Shown: in pieces, positions 23,391 to 36,710 of the stretch
How positions within the stretch are numbered: position 1 is the first letter of the stretch
Layout: the number at the start of each line of letters is the position of its first letter
Program-made: the position numbers and the translations under genes
The notes under the pieces: model-generated
Told to the model about the DNA's origin: nothing
The model's input: only the letters and a program-made list of their open reading frames with translations
The model's database searches: none
NCBI GenBank assembly: GCA_951406725.2
Contig: OX597835.1
Coordinates: 22,072,001 to 22,136,000, forward strand
Origin: Octopus vulgaris
Taxonomy: Eukaryota
Direction of reading: 5' to 3'
DNA length: 64,000 nucleotides

Positions 23391-24194
23391 CCACACTTAT
23401 TGTATGCATACACGTGTATGCAAATATTCTTGTCGCAGCTGCTCACAACGTTAAATGTTGGATTATCAGATGTCTGAGAAAAACTTGGTTGAACATCTGT
23501 GGCCTTCTATTGTTATATAGATATTAATATTTGGTTAGTTCTTCGAGGCATTTAGCACCATTTTCTTCTAATGTCTTCATGATAATCTGGCATTAAAGTA
23601 AAGCGGCAAGCTGGCAGAACCATTAGCATGCTAAGCAAAATGCTTAGTGACATTTCGTCCATCTTTATGTTCTGAGTTTAAATTCCACTGACACTGACCT
23701 TGACTTACTTCTTTGCTAGGGTTGACAAAATAAGTACCAGTTCTCTGCTGGGGTCAATGTAATCGACTTGACCCCTTCTCCGAAATTACTGGCTTTGACA
23801 AGAACAGATGAGCTAGGTGGCTCAGTGAGGTTTCTGTGTCTGCTTTGGTGTGGTTTCAACAACTGGATGTCTTTCCTAATGCCAACCATTCAGCGGAGTG
23901 TGATTTTTATGTGGCACCAGCACTGGTGAGGTTACCAAGTATCCTCAAGATAAAACCCCTCAATTGAGCAGGGGAACTGACTAGAAGAATAAGAGACTGT
24001 GATAGAGCAAGAAGAGCAGGTACATATACAGAGAGAGAGAGAGGGGGGGAGAGAGACAGAGAGAGACAGAGAGAAAGAAAGACAGAGATAGAGAAAGAGA
24101 GAAAGATACATTGACATATGTGTATATAAAAATAAGTGTGTACATGCTCACATTCACACACACATGCATGCATGTATGTATGTATGTATGTATG

Positions 24195-24225
<31 letters not shown>

Positions 24226-24338
24226 GCATGTATGTATATTTAAATGTACATGTATATAATGTATACACACTCATGTGTGTGTAGATAGATAGATAGACAG
24301 AGAGAGAGAGAGATAGACAGACAGACAGACAGATAGAC

Positions 24339-24421
<83 letters not shown>

Positions 24422-24446
24422 CAGATAGACAGACAGATAGACAGAC

Positions 24447-24515
<69 letters not shown>

Positions 24516-24835
24516 TGTGAATGTATGTGTGTGAAAAGTAGTGAAGAGTTATTTGTCAAGTCCAAAAAAATTAAAGTTTTTCTCTTTTTGTTTACGATGT
24601 CATAAACCTACAAATGTTTGTTCGGATTTTGTTTCCAAAAATTTTCAGTCTCTTCCATCTTTTTACAGTGATTAGAGACCAAGGAATGTGAGCACCAGGG
24701 GGCGTACATAGGCAGTTGAAGACTATGGTGACGTGAGAGTCATCTTCACCTTGTTTTCGGTGTTTGTGGGGATGTTTTATGCACCTTTAAGTTCTTAAAC
24801 ACCCAATGTAACATGCTGGTTGGTAGCATAACATA

Positions 24836-25212
24836 CACTTGCGTCAGAAATTAATTAGCACTTCTCAAATTTCTACATTAAATAGGTTAAATCAATTAAC
24901 CTATGAGCTGTTCAAAACGTCTTACGCAATGAGAAAACTTAGTATGGTGTGATTTCGGTCCTTGCGAGGCGCTACCTATATCTATTAAACAAAGGAAGAT
25001 TTGTCTGCATCCGCACTCCAAGTTGTTGCACTGCTATGTCAACATCATAAGGCTGTAGACTCTCAAACTGCTCTGCAAACAAAGTTACGTCATCGTTCTG
25101 CGCAACAGTGAACTCGCAACAAAGCAATAGTTCGAGATATGGCCACTAGGTGACAGCACATACCTTGAGTGAAGAGCAAATCAAGGGTGCTAATTAATTT
25201 CTGACGGTAGTG
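24836..25212. mobile_element. Tc1/mariner-type MITE
   Basis: 26-bp TIRs CACT(TG/AC)CGTCAGAAATTAATTAGCAC with 2 mismatches, flanked by TA on both sides. Confidence 0.85.
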
Positions 25213-25529
25213 TAGTTACAAGGTGTTCGGTAGTGTCACTGTAACTGTATGAGCTTTTAACCTGGCAATTCCAGGACAGGAAACGTGGGGGGGGGGGGGC
25301 CCAACCAGAAATATTCCTCACTCTATACATTCTGCAGAATATTGCTTTTTAAATAATTGTGACACTTTAAAGAGAATGTTACGTTAAATACCTATAAAAA
25401 TGAGGAGCATGAAATAATTGTTATTCAACATATAGTTAATTGCATATGTCAACAGAATATAACAATAAACATGGCAAGTATTAAAATTTAAAAAAGTATG
25501 ATGTTATTAAAATCTTGGTACAGAACACA

Positions 25530-25875
25530 GACATCGGAGACCCCCTTCGGTCACGACACAGACCATGGGATTGCACCTAGAAGGTTACCCTCCTAGACAC
25601 ATGTCCGGGCGAGGTTGTTTATGGAAGACTAGCAGTCGCCCATGCATACAAGCCTCTCCTCTCCACGCCACCAGTGTTATCCAAGGGAAAGACAAAGGTC
25701 GATATAGCTTGGCACCTGTGACGTCACAACTCATTTCTACAGCTGAGTGAACTGGAGCAACGTGAAATAAAGTGCCTTGCTCAAGAACACAACATGCAGC
25801 TCGGTCCGGGATTCGAGCTCACAACCTCACGATCGTAAGCTCGACGCTCTAACCACTGAGCCATGCGCCTTCACA
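25530..25875 (-). mobile_element. Family C-related SINE with an alternative 3' half
   Basis: Head GAAGGCGCATGGCTCAGTGGTTAGAGCG...GCTCGAATCCCGGACCG, then TGTGTTCTTGAGCAAGGCACTT. Confidence 0.7.
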
Positions 25876-26399
25876 CGGTATTTTAGTAGAAAATGTTTGT
25901 TATTTAAAATACTTGAGCATTTTTTTTAGATGTTTCTATAAGAAAGCAAAGTAAGCAAATAGGTGCAGGGGTGGCTGTGTGGTAAGTAGCTTGTTTACCA
26001 ACCACATGGTTCCGGGTTCAGTCCCACTGTGTGGCACCTTCGGCAAGTGTCTTCTACTATAGCCTCAGGCCGACCAAAGCCTTGTGAGTGGATTTGGTAG
26101 ACGGAAACTGAAAGAATAAGTCCCGGGGTCGATTTGCTCGACTAAAGGCGGTGCTCCAGCCTGGCCGCAGTCAAATGACCGAAACAGGTAAAAAGGAAAA
26201 AGAGTAAAAGAGAGAATCAGTTGGGGACAGAAAGGGCATCTGGGGATATAAAAAAAAGTATTTATGTTTACACACACAGAGACACACACACACACAGGCA
26301 TGCGCACACGTGCACACACACACACACACACTACACACATATGTATAGAGTGTTTGCAGTGGTATATAGATATTGTGTATTGAGAAAAAAGGAGGCAGT

Positions 26400-27002
26400 C
26401 ATCATCATCATCATCATCATCATCGTTTAACGTCCGCTTTCCATGCTAGCATGGGTTGGACGGTTCAACTGGGGTCTGGGGAGCCAGAAGGCTGCACCAG
26501 GCTAGTCAGATCTGGCAGTGTTTCAATAGCTGGATGCCCTTCCTAACGCCAACCACTCCGAGAGTGTAGTGGGTGATTTTATGTGCCACCGACACAGGTG
26601 CTAGACGAGGCTGGTGAACGGCCACGCTCGGATGGTGTTTTTTATGTTCCACCGACACAGGTGCCAGACGAGGCTGGCAGACGGCCACGCTCGGATGGTG
26701 TTTTTTATGTGCCACTGACACAGGTGCCAGACGAGGCTGGCGAACGGCCACGCTCGGATGGTGTTTTTTATGTGCCACCGACACAGGTGCCAGACGAGGC
26801 TGGCGAACGGCCATGCTCGGATGGTGTTTTTTATGTGCCACCGAAACAGGTGCCAGACGAGGCTGGCGAACGGCCACGCTTGGATGCTGTTTTTTATGTG
26901 CCACCGACACAGGTGCCAGACGAGGCTGGCGAACGGCCACGCTCGAATGGTGTTTTTTATGTGCCACCGACACAGGTGCCAGACGAGGCTGGCAGACAGC
27001 CA
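26400..27002 (-). mobile_element. RTE-LINE 3' end with a 57-58-bp tandem array (about 7.5 units)
   Basis: The unit TTTTATGTGCCACCGACACAGGTGCCAGACGAGGCTGGCGAACGGCCACGCTCGGATGGTGT repeats from 26577 to 27000. Confidence 0.85.
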
Positions 27003-27039
27003 GTAATTGTGGATAATCCTTTATTAGCCCTTCATTCAA

Positions 27040-27692
27040 TGTGGAGGTGGTGGTGGTGGTGGTGGTGGTGGTGGTGGTGGTGGTGGTGGTGGTGGTTGTG
27101 GTGGTGGTGGTGGTGGTGGTGGTGGTGGTGGTTGTGAGGGGGTGGAGGGGGTGGGGAGGAGGTTGTGGAGGTGGTGGTGGTGGTGGTGGTTGTGGATGTT
27201 GTGGTGGTGGTGGTGGTTGTGGAGGTGGTGGTGGTGGTTGTGGAGGTGGTGGTGGTGGTGGTGGTGGTGGTGGTGGTGGTGGTGGTGGTTGTGGAGGTTG
27301 TGGTGGTGGTGGAGGTTGTGGAGGTGGTGGTGGTGGTGGTGGTTGTGGAGGTGGTGGTGGTTGTGAGGGGGGTGGAGGGGGGTTGTGGAGGTGGTGGTGG
27401 TTGTGGAGGTGGTAGTGGTGGTGGTTGTGGTGGTGGTGGTGGTGGTGGTGGTGGTGGTGGTGGTGGTGGTGGTGGTGGTGGTGGTGGTGTGGTGGTGGTG
27501 GTGGTGGTGGTGGTGGTTGTGGTGGTGGTGGTGGTGGTGGTGGTTGTGGTGGTGGTGGTGGTGGTGGTGGTGGTGTGGTGGTGGTGGTGGTTGTGGTGGT
27601 GGTGGTGGTGGCGGCGATGGTGGTGGTGGTGGTGGTTGTGGTGGTGGTTGTGGTGGTGATGATGATGATGGTGATGATGATGATGATGATGA
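27040..27692. repeat. (GGT)n G-rich microsatellite
   Basis: Directly visible. Confidence 0.97.
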
Positions 27693-27855
27693 TGGAAGAA
27701 CACTATGTACAAAACCAAATATATGGCACCCTAGGCATAACACCAACATGAACTTCCAACTTGTCTCTTGAGGTCTCCGGGTGAGACTTGGAGCCAACTT
27801 GTACAAATGTAAGTAAAGCAAAAGACAAACATAAAATAATAATAATAACAATAAC

Positions 27856-27886
<31 letters not shown>

Positions 27887-28394
27887 TCTTTTATTGGCCA
27901 CAAGGACTCACATACAAAAACATTAAAAGACATGCAACAACATAAAAGACAAAAACAGGATGATACAATGGGTTTTCGCATGTATACAATGTAATAACAA
28001 AAAAAGTGGAACAAATTAAAAACTCCCAATAGGGGAGGCACTTAAAGGTCCTTATGGAAAACCCACAAAAGCCACAGGTGCCTGAACAACAGGGCAAGAG
28101 CCCTTCTGTTTTTTTTTTTTACAGGTGCACACTCAGAATTGGTTCTTTGACGCTGGCCATTCTTCCAACAATCACCCACCAACAATAATAATAACAACAT
28201 CAACAACAACAACAACAACAACGACAATAATAATAATTTAAAAAAAAATTTATTAGACATTCACTAGTACAACACAAAAAACCCCCCAAATATATGGCAC
28301 ACTAGGCATAGCAACGTGGACTTCCAACCTGTTGTCTCTTGAGGTCTCTGGGTGAGACTTGGAGCCAACTTGTACAAAGCAAAAGTCAGACATA

Positions 28395-28408
28395 GAATAA
28401 TAATGATA

Positions 28409-28451
<43 letters not shown>

Positions 28452-28456
28452 TGATG

Positions 28457-28510
<54 letters not shown>

Positions 28511-28573
28511 GTAATAATAATAATAATAATAATGATGATGATGATGATAATGATAATAATAATAATAATAATG

Positions 28574-28604
<31 letters not shown>

Positions 28605-28615
28605 TGATGATAATG

Positions 28616-28646
<31 letters not shown>

Positions 28647-28654
28647 TAATAATG

Positions 28655-28685
<31 letters not shown>

Positions 28686-28720
28686 TAATAATAATAATAA
28701 TAATAATAATGATAATAATG

Positions 28721-28816
<96 letters not shown>

Positions 28817-28935
28817 GAAATAATGATGTTATAATAATATGAATAAAAATAGTAATAAAAATAAAAATAATGAGGATGATGATGATGATGATGATTATCA
28901 TCATCATCATCACCATCATCATCATAATAATAATA
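28395..28935. repeat. (TAA)n/(TGA)n microsatellite
   Basis: Directly visible. Confidence 0.97.
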
Positions 28936-29239
28936 AAGACAATGGGTTTGTTGTACACAACATTCAGTTCAAAGAGCCCATGTTTATTGCCATGAATGTG
29001 TTTTTGTACATGATGGCTTCCTCGCTTATCTGCTTTTACATGTGAATACTTACGGACAAACGTGATTACATAACAATGTTATTTGTAGGGGAATGTGTGG
29101 GAGAACAGAATGTATTTATTACATAAGCATGTGTAAGTGTATCTATTATGTATCCACGTCAGACCTTGGAGACTGTATACATATAGACAGACAATTACTG
29201 GCATAACAAACCCTCACACACACACACACACATATTTAT

Positions 29240-29336
<97 letters not shown>

Positions 29337-29469
29337 TGATGATGATGATAATAATAATAATAATAATATTTCATAATGGGTCACACTCATGAAAGGGGTT
29401 GTATATTTTAGAAAACAATGTTATTCTTTCATTCACTGTTTATCTATCTGTCTCCCTGTCTGTCTGCAT

Positions 29470-29501
<32 letters not shown>

Positions 29502-29533
29502 ATACACACACTCATACAAATAGACATACATAA

Positions 29534-29576
<43 letters not shown>

Positions 29577-29589
29577 TGTATGTATAAAA

Positions 29590-29627
<38 letters not shown>

Positions 29628-29909
29628 AGAGTAAATAATTTCTTCGATGGTTTTTCAAGGAACCAACAAATATTTACTGGTAGATTTCGGCATGTAAATA
29701 TAACCATTAGCGGCAGGAACTTCTGTGAAGTTCAGTATATATATATTGTACATAAATAGAAGGGGCAGACAACAGGTTGCTTAGCCGATATATATAAGTG
29801 TATATATATATATATATATATTATATATACATATAAATATATATGTATATACGTATACTTATATATATATGTACATATTATATATATATGTATATATATA
29901 TATATGTAC

Positions 29910-29978
<69 letters not shown>

Positions 29979-29987
29979 AATATGTAC

Positions 29988-30022
<35 letters not shown>

Positions 30023-30744
30023 CAAAGTGGAGTTGTGGGGTATCACACGAGTGGAATTATATACGAAAGAAGGTTTGAAAATGCAATTTAAAAGATGTTT
30101 ATTTACTTAACCGGTTTCACTCTTTGGAAAAAGATTGTCAATCTTTTTCCAATCTTTTGACAATCTTTTCCAAAGAGTGAAACCGGTTAAGTAAATAAAC
30201 ATCTTTTAAATTGCATTTTCAAACCTTCTTTCATATCATCATCATCATCATCATCATCGTTTAATGTCCGTTTTCCGCGCTAGCACGGGTTGGACGGTTT
30301 CGACTGGGGTCTGGGGAGCCAGGGGCTGCCCCAGGCTCCAGTCTGGTCTGGCAGTGTTTCTACAGCTGGATGCCCTTCCTAACGCCAACCACTCCGCGAG
30401 TGTAGTGGGTGCTTTTTACGTGCCACCTGCACAGGTGCCAGAGGGGTCTGGCATCGGCCACGGTCGGTTGGTGCTTTTTATGTGCCACCATGGATTATAT
30501 GTACATATATATGTATGTATATATATATATATATATATACTCTTTTATTTGTTTCAGTCACTTGACTGCGACCATGCTCTAGCACTGCCTTTAGTCAAAC
30601 AAATTGACCCTAGGATTCATTCTTTGTAACCTAGTACTGATTCTATCGGTCTCTTTTGCCAAACCACTAAGTTATGGGGACATAAACGCACTAGCATTGA
30701 TTGTCAAGCAATGGTTGGGGGATAAACACACACACACACACACA

Positions 30745-30796
<52 letters not shown>

Positions 30797-31644
30797 TTCT
30801 TTCAGTTTTCGTCTACCAAATCCACTCACAAGGCCTTAATTGGTCCGAGGCTATAGTAGAAGACACACAAGTGTCACACAGTGGGACTGAACCCAGAGCC
30901 ATGTGGTTGGTAAGCAAGCTACTTACCACACAGCCACTCCTGTGCCTATATAAATCGTAGAATAAGGATTGAAAAAGAATCGGATACTTGAAAAGATATA
31001 CCCCCAGTTATGAATACTATCGACCACACATACACAATGTATGTGTATTGTTTGTTTGCTGTTTCACTACAGTATCATGCATGGGGGGAACAATTCCCTC
31101 GTAAACATTATGCGGGAGTCGTCTCCCAAGCACTACACAGCAGCAAACTAGTGAACAAACAAAACACATACATTGAGTATGTGTGATAGGTCAGAAAAAT
31201 AACAAGACTTAGTCTGGTGTGTGAACTATGAGAGGGGTTATATATATATATATATATATATAATTCCTGAGCGCTATACATCTGTTTGTTTGTACACCAC
31301 CTGCCTTCGTCTTTTGTTTATTTTCATAAACTTTCCCTTTATATATATATATATATATATCATCATCATCATCATCAAAGCGGACGTTAAACGATGATGA
31401 TGATGATGATGATGATATATATATATATATATATATAAAGGGAAAGTTTATGAAAATAAACAAAAGACGAAGGCAGGTGGTGTACAAACAAACAGATGTA
31501 TAGCGCTCAAGAATAGAAAAAGTCTTTTACGTTTCAAGCCTACGCTCTTCTACAGAAAGGTACACAGTAAAAACAAGGTGAGAAAAACAATGTGTGTAGT
31601 AGCTAACGATCTATCATGGCGTCTGTATATATATGTATATATAA

Positions 31645-31695
<51 letters not shown>

Positions 31696-33048
31696 CATAC
31701 ACACACATATCTACACATCCAGATACAGACTGAAAAGCACACACACACATACTCATACATACACACACATGTATATAGTAGTGGTGGTGGTGGTGGTGGT
31801 GGTGGTGGTGGTAGTGGTAGTAGTGGAGGAAATGGTGTTGGCGATAGTGTTGATGGTGGTGGTTGTGGTGTTAGTAAAGTGTGATGGCAATGCTGATGGT
31901 GAAGATACGAGACACTTGCCCCAGGTGCCACACAGTGGAACAGAACCCAGAACCATTCAGCTGGGAAGCAAACTTGTTCCCACACAGCCATGACCTCTCG
32001 AAACCAATGGATGCCTACCATAGAGAAAGAAGACATGTTGGTCATGGTTGGAATAGCTTTATTCATTGGTCTGCAAAATTCAGTGTTTATCTGGAGCCAA
32101 ACAATTACAAAAGAGTGTATGTTGCCATGCAACATGCTAGAAATAGCAGCCAAACTTCCCACAGATTATACAACCTGCTGTCTTAAACAATGTAAGACCT
32201 ATGTCTGGAAAATGATATGATGGTCATGGTCGGAATGCTTTTCATCATAGACTGATGCTAGAAATAGCAGCCAAACTTCCCGCAGATTATGCAACCTGCT
32301 GTCTTAAACAATATAAGACACATCTTAGATTGTGTAGTCCTAGATATACTATGTCTGGAAAACGATATGATGGTCATGGTCGGAATGCTTTTCATCATAG
32401 ACTGATTAAATTAAGGCTGATCTGGGATAAAAATAAGAAATCATATAACACCGACCATCACCAACCAATAACCTTTGCACCGCTACCTCCACATTCTTGC
32501 AACACCACCATCACCACCACCATCTCCTTTACATTCCAGTTCCAACAACACTTCACATAAGAACCACCTTCCCTATACATACACCAGCGCCACTACCATT
32601 ACCATCACCACCATCACAACAACAACAATAACAATCACCACTACCATTACTACTGCCACCACCATGACAACCACCACCACCATCAATAACTTAACTACCA
32701 TCACCAACACCGCCACAACCACTGCCACTACAACAACAATCACTACTATCACAAGCATTACCACGCCCACCCCCGCCACCAACTACAACAACAACAACAA
32801 TGAGGATTTAAAGTGGGTTAAAGTTTATTACAAAGTGAAATATATAAATCTATGAGAAAAAAAGGAAAGAAGGAAAGAAAATAAAATATAAAATAAAATA
32901 AATAAATATATATATATATATATATATATAAAGAAAAAAATTTAAACAAAAATGATCTAAATTTTTAAATGTTCTATTTGTGAATGACCTGGTTTTTATT
33001 AGAATAGAAAGTGTGTGTGTGTGTGTGTCTGTTCTCTCTCCTCTCTCT

Positions 33049-33092
<44 letters not shown>

Positions 33093-33543
33093 CCGTTGAT
33101 GTGTGTGTGTGTGTGTGTGTCGGTGGCACGTAAAAAAGCACCATCCGAATCGTGGCCGAAGTCAGTGCCGCCTCGACTGGCTTCCGTGCAGGTGGCACGT
33201 AAAATGCACCAATCCGACCGTGGCCGATGCCAGCCTCGCCTGGCACCAGTGCAGGTGGCACGTAAAAAGCACCCACTACACTCACGGAGTGGTTGGCGTT
33301 AGGAAGGGCATCCAGCTGTAGAAACATTGCCAGATAAGACCGGAGCCTGGTGCAGCCTTCTGGCTTCCCAGATCCCCGGTCGAACCGTCCAACCCATGCT
33401 AGCATGGAGAATGGACGTTAAACGATGATGATGATGATGATGATATATATACCGGAGTAAACACATAAATGTGAAACAAGGTGGAAAAAAGAGTACTCAA
33501 ATACCAGTGGTAGAGTAATATGCTTTATTTAAAGCAGCAGAAA

Positions 33544-33590
<47 letters not shown>

Positions 33591-33849
33591 CATATGCATA
33601 TATGTATGTAGATTGTTTTCATTGAGCTAGATGGGCGTCTTGTTTTTGAATTTGGGTGGGTGTTTTTATGCATTTGTGTGTGTGTGCGTGGGGGGCTATG
33701 CATGTGTGTTTATGCGTATGTGTATGGTTGTTTGGGAATTTTCACAGGTATGTTCAGAGCCTATGAGAAAGTGAGACGCAGTGGCCTCACCCAATAATAT
33801 CCTCCACCCAATAATATCCTCAGCTCTCAAAAAAATATTTATACATAAT

Positions 33850-34220
33850 AACTCTCTGCCATTCAGATTACTCTGTCAAATCTAATGCTTATTTATTCCA
33901 ATTCTCCCGAATTAATCATGGCTTATCTCATAGCTTCAAGATTTCAACGATGTGGCTATTCACTTTTAGAATGACATTGTAAGGGAGGTGTGAGAGGCTG
34001 GACCTGGCTAGTTTGAACATAAAACAGGTAGAATATCTGGGCCAGATATGGCCAGTTCAACTCTTTAGTGGTCAGATTACTTTATCAAATGTGATGTCTA
34101 TTTATTCACATTTGTAAAAATTGATCATGAAATATTTCGTAGCCTCAAGACTTTGACATGTGGCTGTTTATTTTTAGAATGACATGGTTGGGTTGGTGTG
34201 AGAGGCTTGATCTAGGCACT
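33850..34220. mobile_element. Tandem degenerate piggyBac-like MITE units (same family as 61800-62720)
   Basis: AACTCT-T-GCATTCAGATTACTCTGTCAAAT...GTGTGAGAGGCTGGA...AAAACAGGTAGAATAT matches the reverse complement of the 62150-62380 unit. Also present in 18650-18850 and 19440-19640. Confidence 0.6.
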
Positions 34221-35169
34221 TTATCTTTTATCTCTTATTTTTCACTTGTTTCATTCATTTCACTGTGGCCATGCTTGGGCACCATCTGGAAATGTTTTTA
34301 GTTGAACAAATTAACCCCAGAGCTTATTCTCTTTTAAGCCTAGTACTTATTTGATTGGTCATTTTTGTTGAACTGCTAGCTCATGAGGACATAACAGGCA
34401 TGGTCCCAGGAATTTTTCAAAGGGAGGGCACAAAGTCAGAAGGATATACAATTCCAGGAGACAAGGGTGTAATAACATTACTTTGAAGGGCGCACTCTTT
34501 TTCTTGGGGGGAGCACGTGCCCCTCAATCCCCCGCTGTGAATTCACTCCTGTGTAAACACAACAAACACTGGTTCTCAAGTGGTGGTGGTGGACAAACAC
34601 AGACATACACACATAGATATATACATGTACATATAGAGCAGTCACCAAATTTCATTCCATATTGGCTACCTCTGATGAGTGCAGGGTTACATAATCGGAT
34701 TGCTATCTCATACTCTATTGAATCCCTAGTGTGAAACCAACTGGTAAGTTCAGCCGTGATGGATATATAATACTGTACACTTCAGATAATATATATATAT
34801 ATATATACAACAGATTCTCTCAGCTTCCATCTACCAAATCCACCCACATGGCTTTGGTTAACCTGAGGCTATAGTAGAAGACACTTGCTCAAGGTGCCAT
34901 TAAGATTCAACTGAATCGTAATTATTTCTTACACACACATATATATATATATATGTTATATATGTGTGTGTGTGTTTGAGCGGTATTGGTATCCAGAAGA
35001 CCCAAAGTGGCAGGTAAGGCTATGTAAGTGCTACAGGAGGACTGTAGTTAGACTCTCGGTTCGATAATAATAGAAGCAAGGAGTCTAATGCGGGTCTTGT
35101 GTGAGCATGTATATGTTAAATAAAATGAGACAATGAGGATTTATAGGACATTTATATAGAGAAAGGTAG

Positions 35170-35215
35170 TCTTACAGCTGTTTCTGGGATATTAGGGATA
35201 TCCCTTCATCAGAGA
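35170..35215 (-). ncRNA. Minimal type-I hammerhead ribozyme motif (Penelope pLTR type)
   Basis: tct-CTGATGA-a-GGGATA-tccctaa-TATCCC-a-GAAA-C-agct-GTA-aga: intact core, 6-bp stem II and palindromic stem III ACAGCTGT. Confidence 0.7.
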
Positions 35216-36409
35216 TGATATGAGAGAGTTAACTAGAGGGAAATAGTAGAGTTCAATATAAGGAGTTATTTTGAAAAAGGATGGATATAGGAAGTGTAAA
35301 GGGAAATAAGAGAATAAAAGTAAAAGTAAAAATATATGTAGGATGTTATAGTTGCAGTTCCATTGTCCAAGGAAAGTGATGTGTAGAATGGAATAGGTAG
35401 AAATGCTACTTGTCCATGGTATGTAGATTTCGGCAGGAGCTCATATTTTGTCATTACAAGTGGATAGTGTGGAGATATAAATTCCATGTGCTATTCATTC
35501 AAAGGGATCTTGTGGTGTGAATGAAATTTTGAGAATGTACTGGTTGGGGTAAGTAGATAGAGAGAAGAGAATAGCTATGTATGTTAGGAGGAGAATGGTA
35601 TTAGTCAAAAGGAATAGGAAAGAAAAGAAGAAAGAATATATATAAGAGGAAGAAAAATTGAAAAAGAAGTACTAGATGGTGGTCAAGATACTGCAAGGGA
35701 GATGGAAGAGGAGAGCTATCAAGATAAAAGGAATAGAGGGAGGGATAGAAGGGAGAGATAAGAATGTAAGGAAGGAATGTGTGTGAGAAGTAGGTGGGAG
35801 TGATATGTTTGAAAGACACTAAGGTGGGGAGATAGGTAAAGAAATGGTACAGGGTGTACTAAAGTGAGTAGTAAACCTCAAAAAGGATGGGAGGAATAAT
35901 GGCCAAGTTTCTAAAAATAGACATAGGTATTTATTGTACTAATTCACGTATAGTGGGGGCTGATGAATCAGAGAGAGAAAGAAAGACCATTGTCCTAGAT
36001 ATACTGTCATTTAGAAAATTATCATTTTCATTTAGTTAATTACAACATCTTCATTAGCTACATCAATTCTGATTACTCCCATGCTTCTATTCTAATCTGA
36101 TTGCCTAGGAACAAACTATTTCCTGGTTTCTGTGAATATGCCAGTGTTCCAAAAATTATTTAAAAAAAATAGAGAGAGGGATTATAAGGAAAAACATTGA
36201 GTCACAATATGAACAGGATATGGTGAACTGCATGACTAACATCTCAACAGGAACGAAATTTAAACCAGGAAGAGAATTTATAAATACAAGATTCATTTTT
36301 TAAATGAATGTATATGGAATACGACATTATTTTCAATGACACACAATTTTAGTGAGAGGATAAAAAAGAAGTTTTTTCCCCAGACACATTTTTGTATGTG
36401 TGTATTGTT

Positions 36410-36710
36410 GTTTGTTCCTTCTCGAGCCATGCCTGGCTCATAAGGGCCGGTTTCCCGGTTTCTTGGCATATAGGTTCCCCACCTGGATGGGACGCCGGTC
36501 CTTCGCAGGTGAGCTACAAGATGCAGGAGGAAAGAGTGAGAGAAAGTTGTGGCGAAAGAGTCAGCAGAATTTTCGTTATTACCTTCTGCCAGAGCCGCGT
36601 GGAGCTAAGGTGTTTCGCTTGTAAACACACACATCGTCCGGTCTGAGATTCAAAACCATGATCCCTCGACCGCGAGTCTGCTGCTCTAACCACTAGGCCA
36701 TGTACCTCCA
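36410..36710 (-). mobile_element. Family C SINE with a third type of 3' half
   Basis: Head GGAGGTACATGGCCTAGTGGTTAGAGCAGCAGACTCGCGG. The middle matches 13405-13791 but the tail differs. Confidence 0.75.

Noticed and set aside
26577-27002. Regular 57-58-bp array resembling CRISPR, with 177-184-aa repetitive ORFs
   Set aside because: Units are contiguous with no unique spacers, there are no cas genes and the context is eukaryotic; it is part of a LINE 3' UTR.
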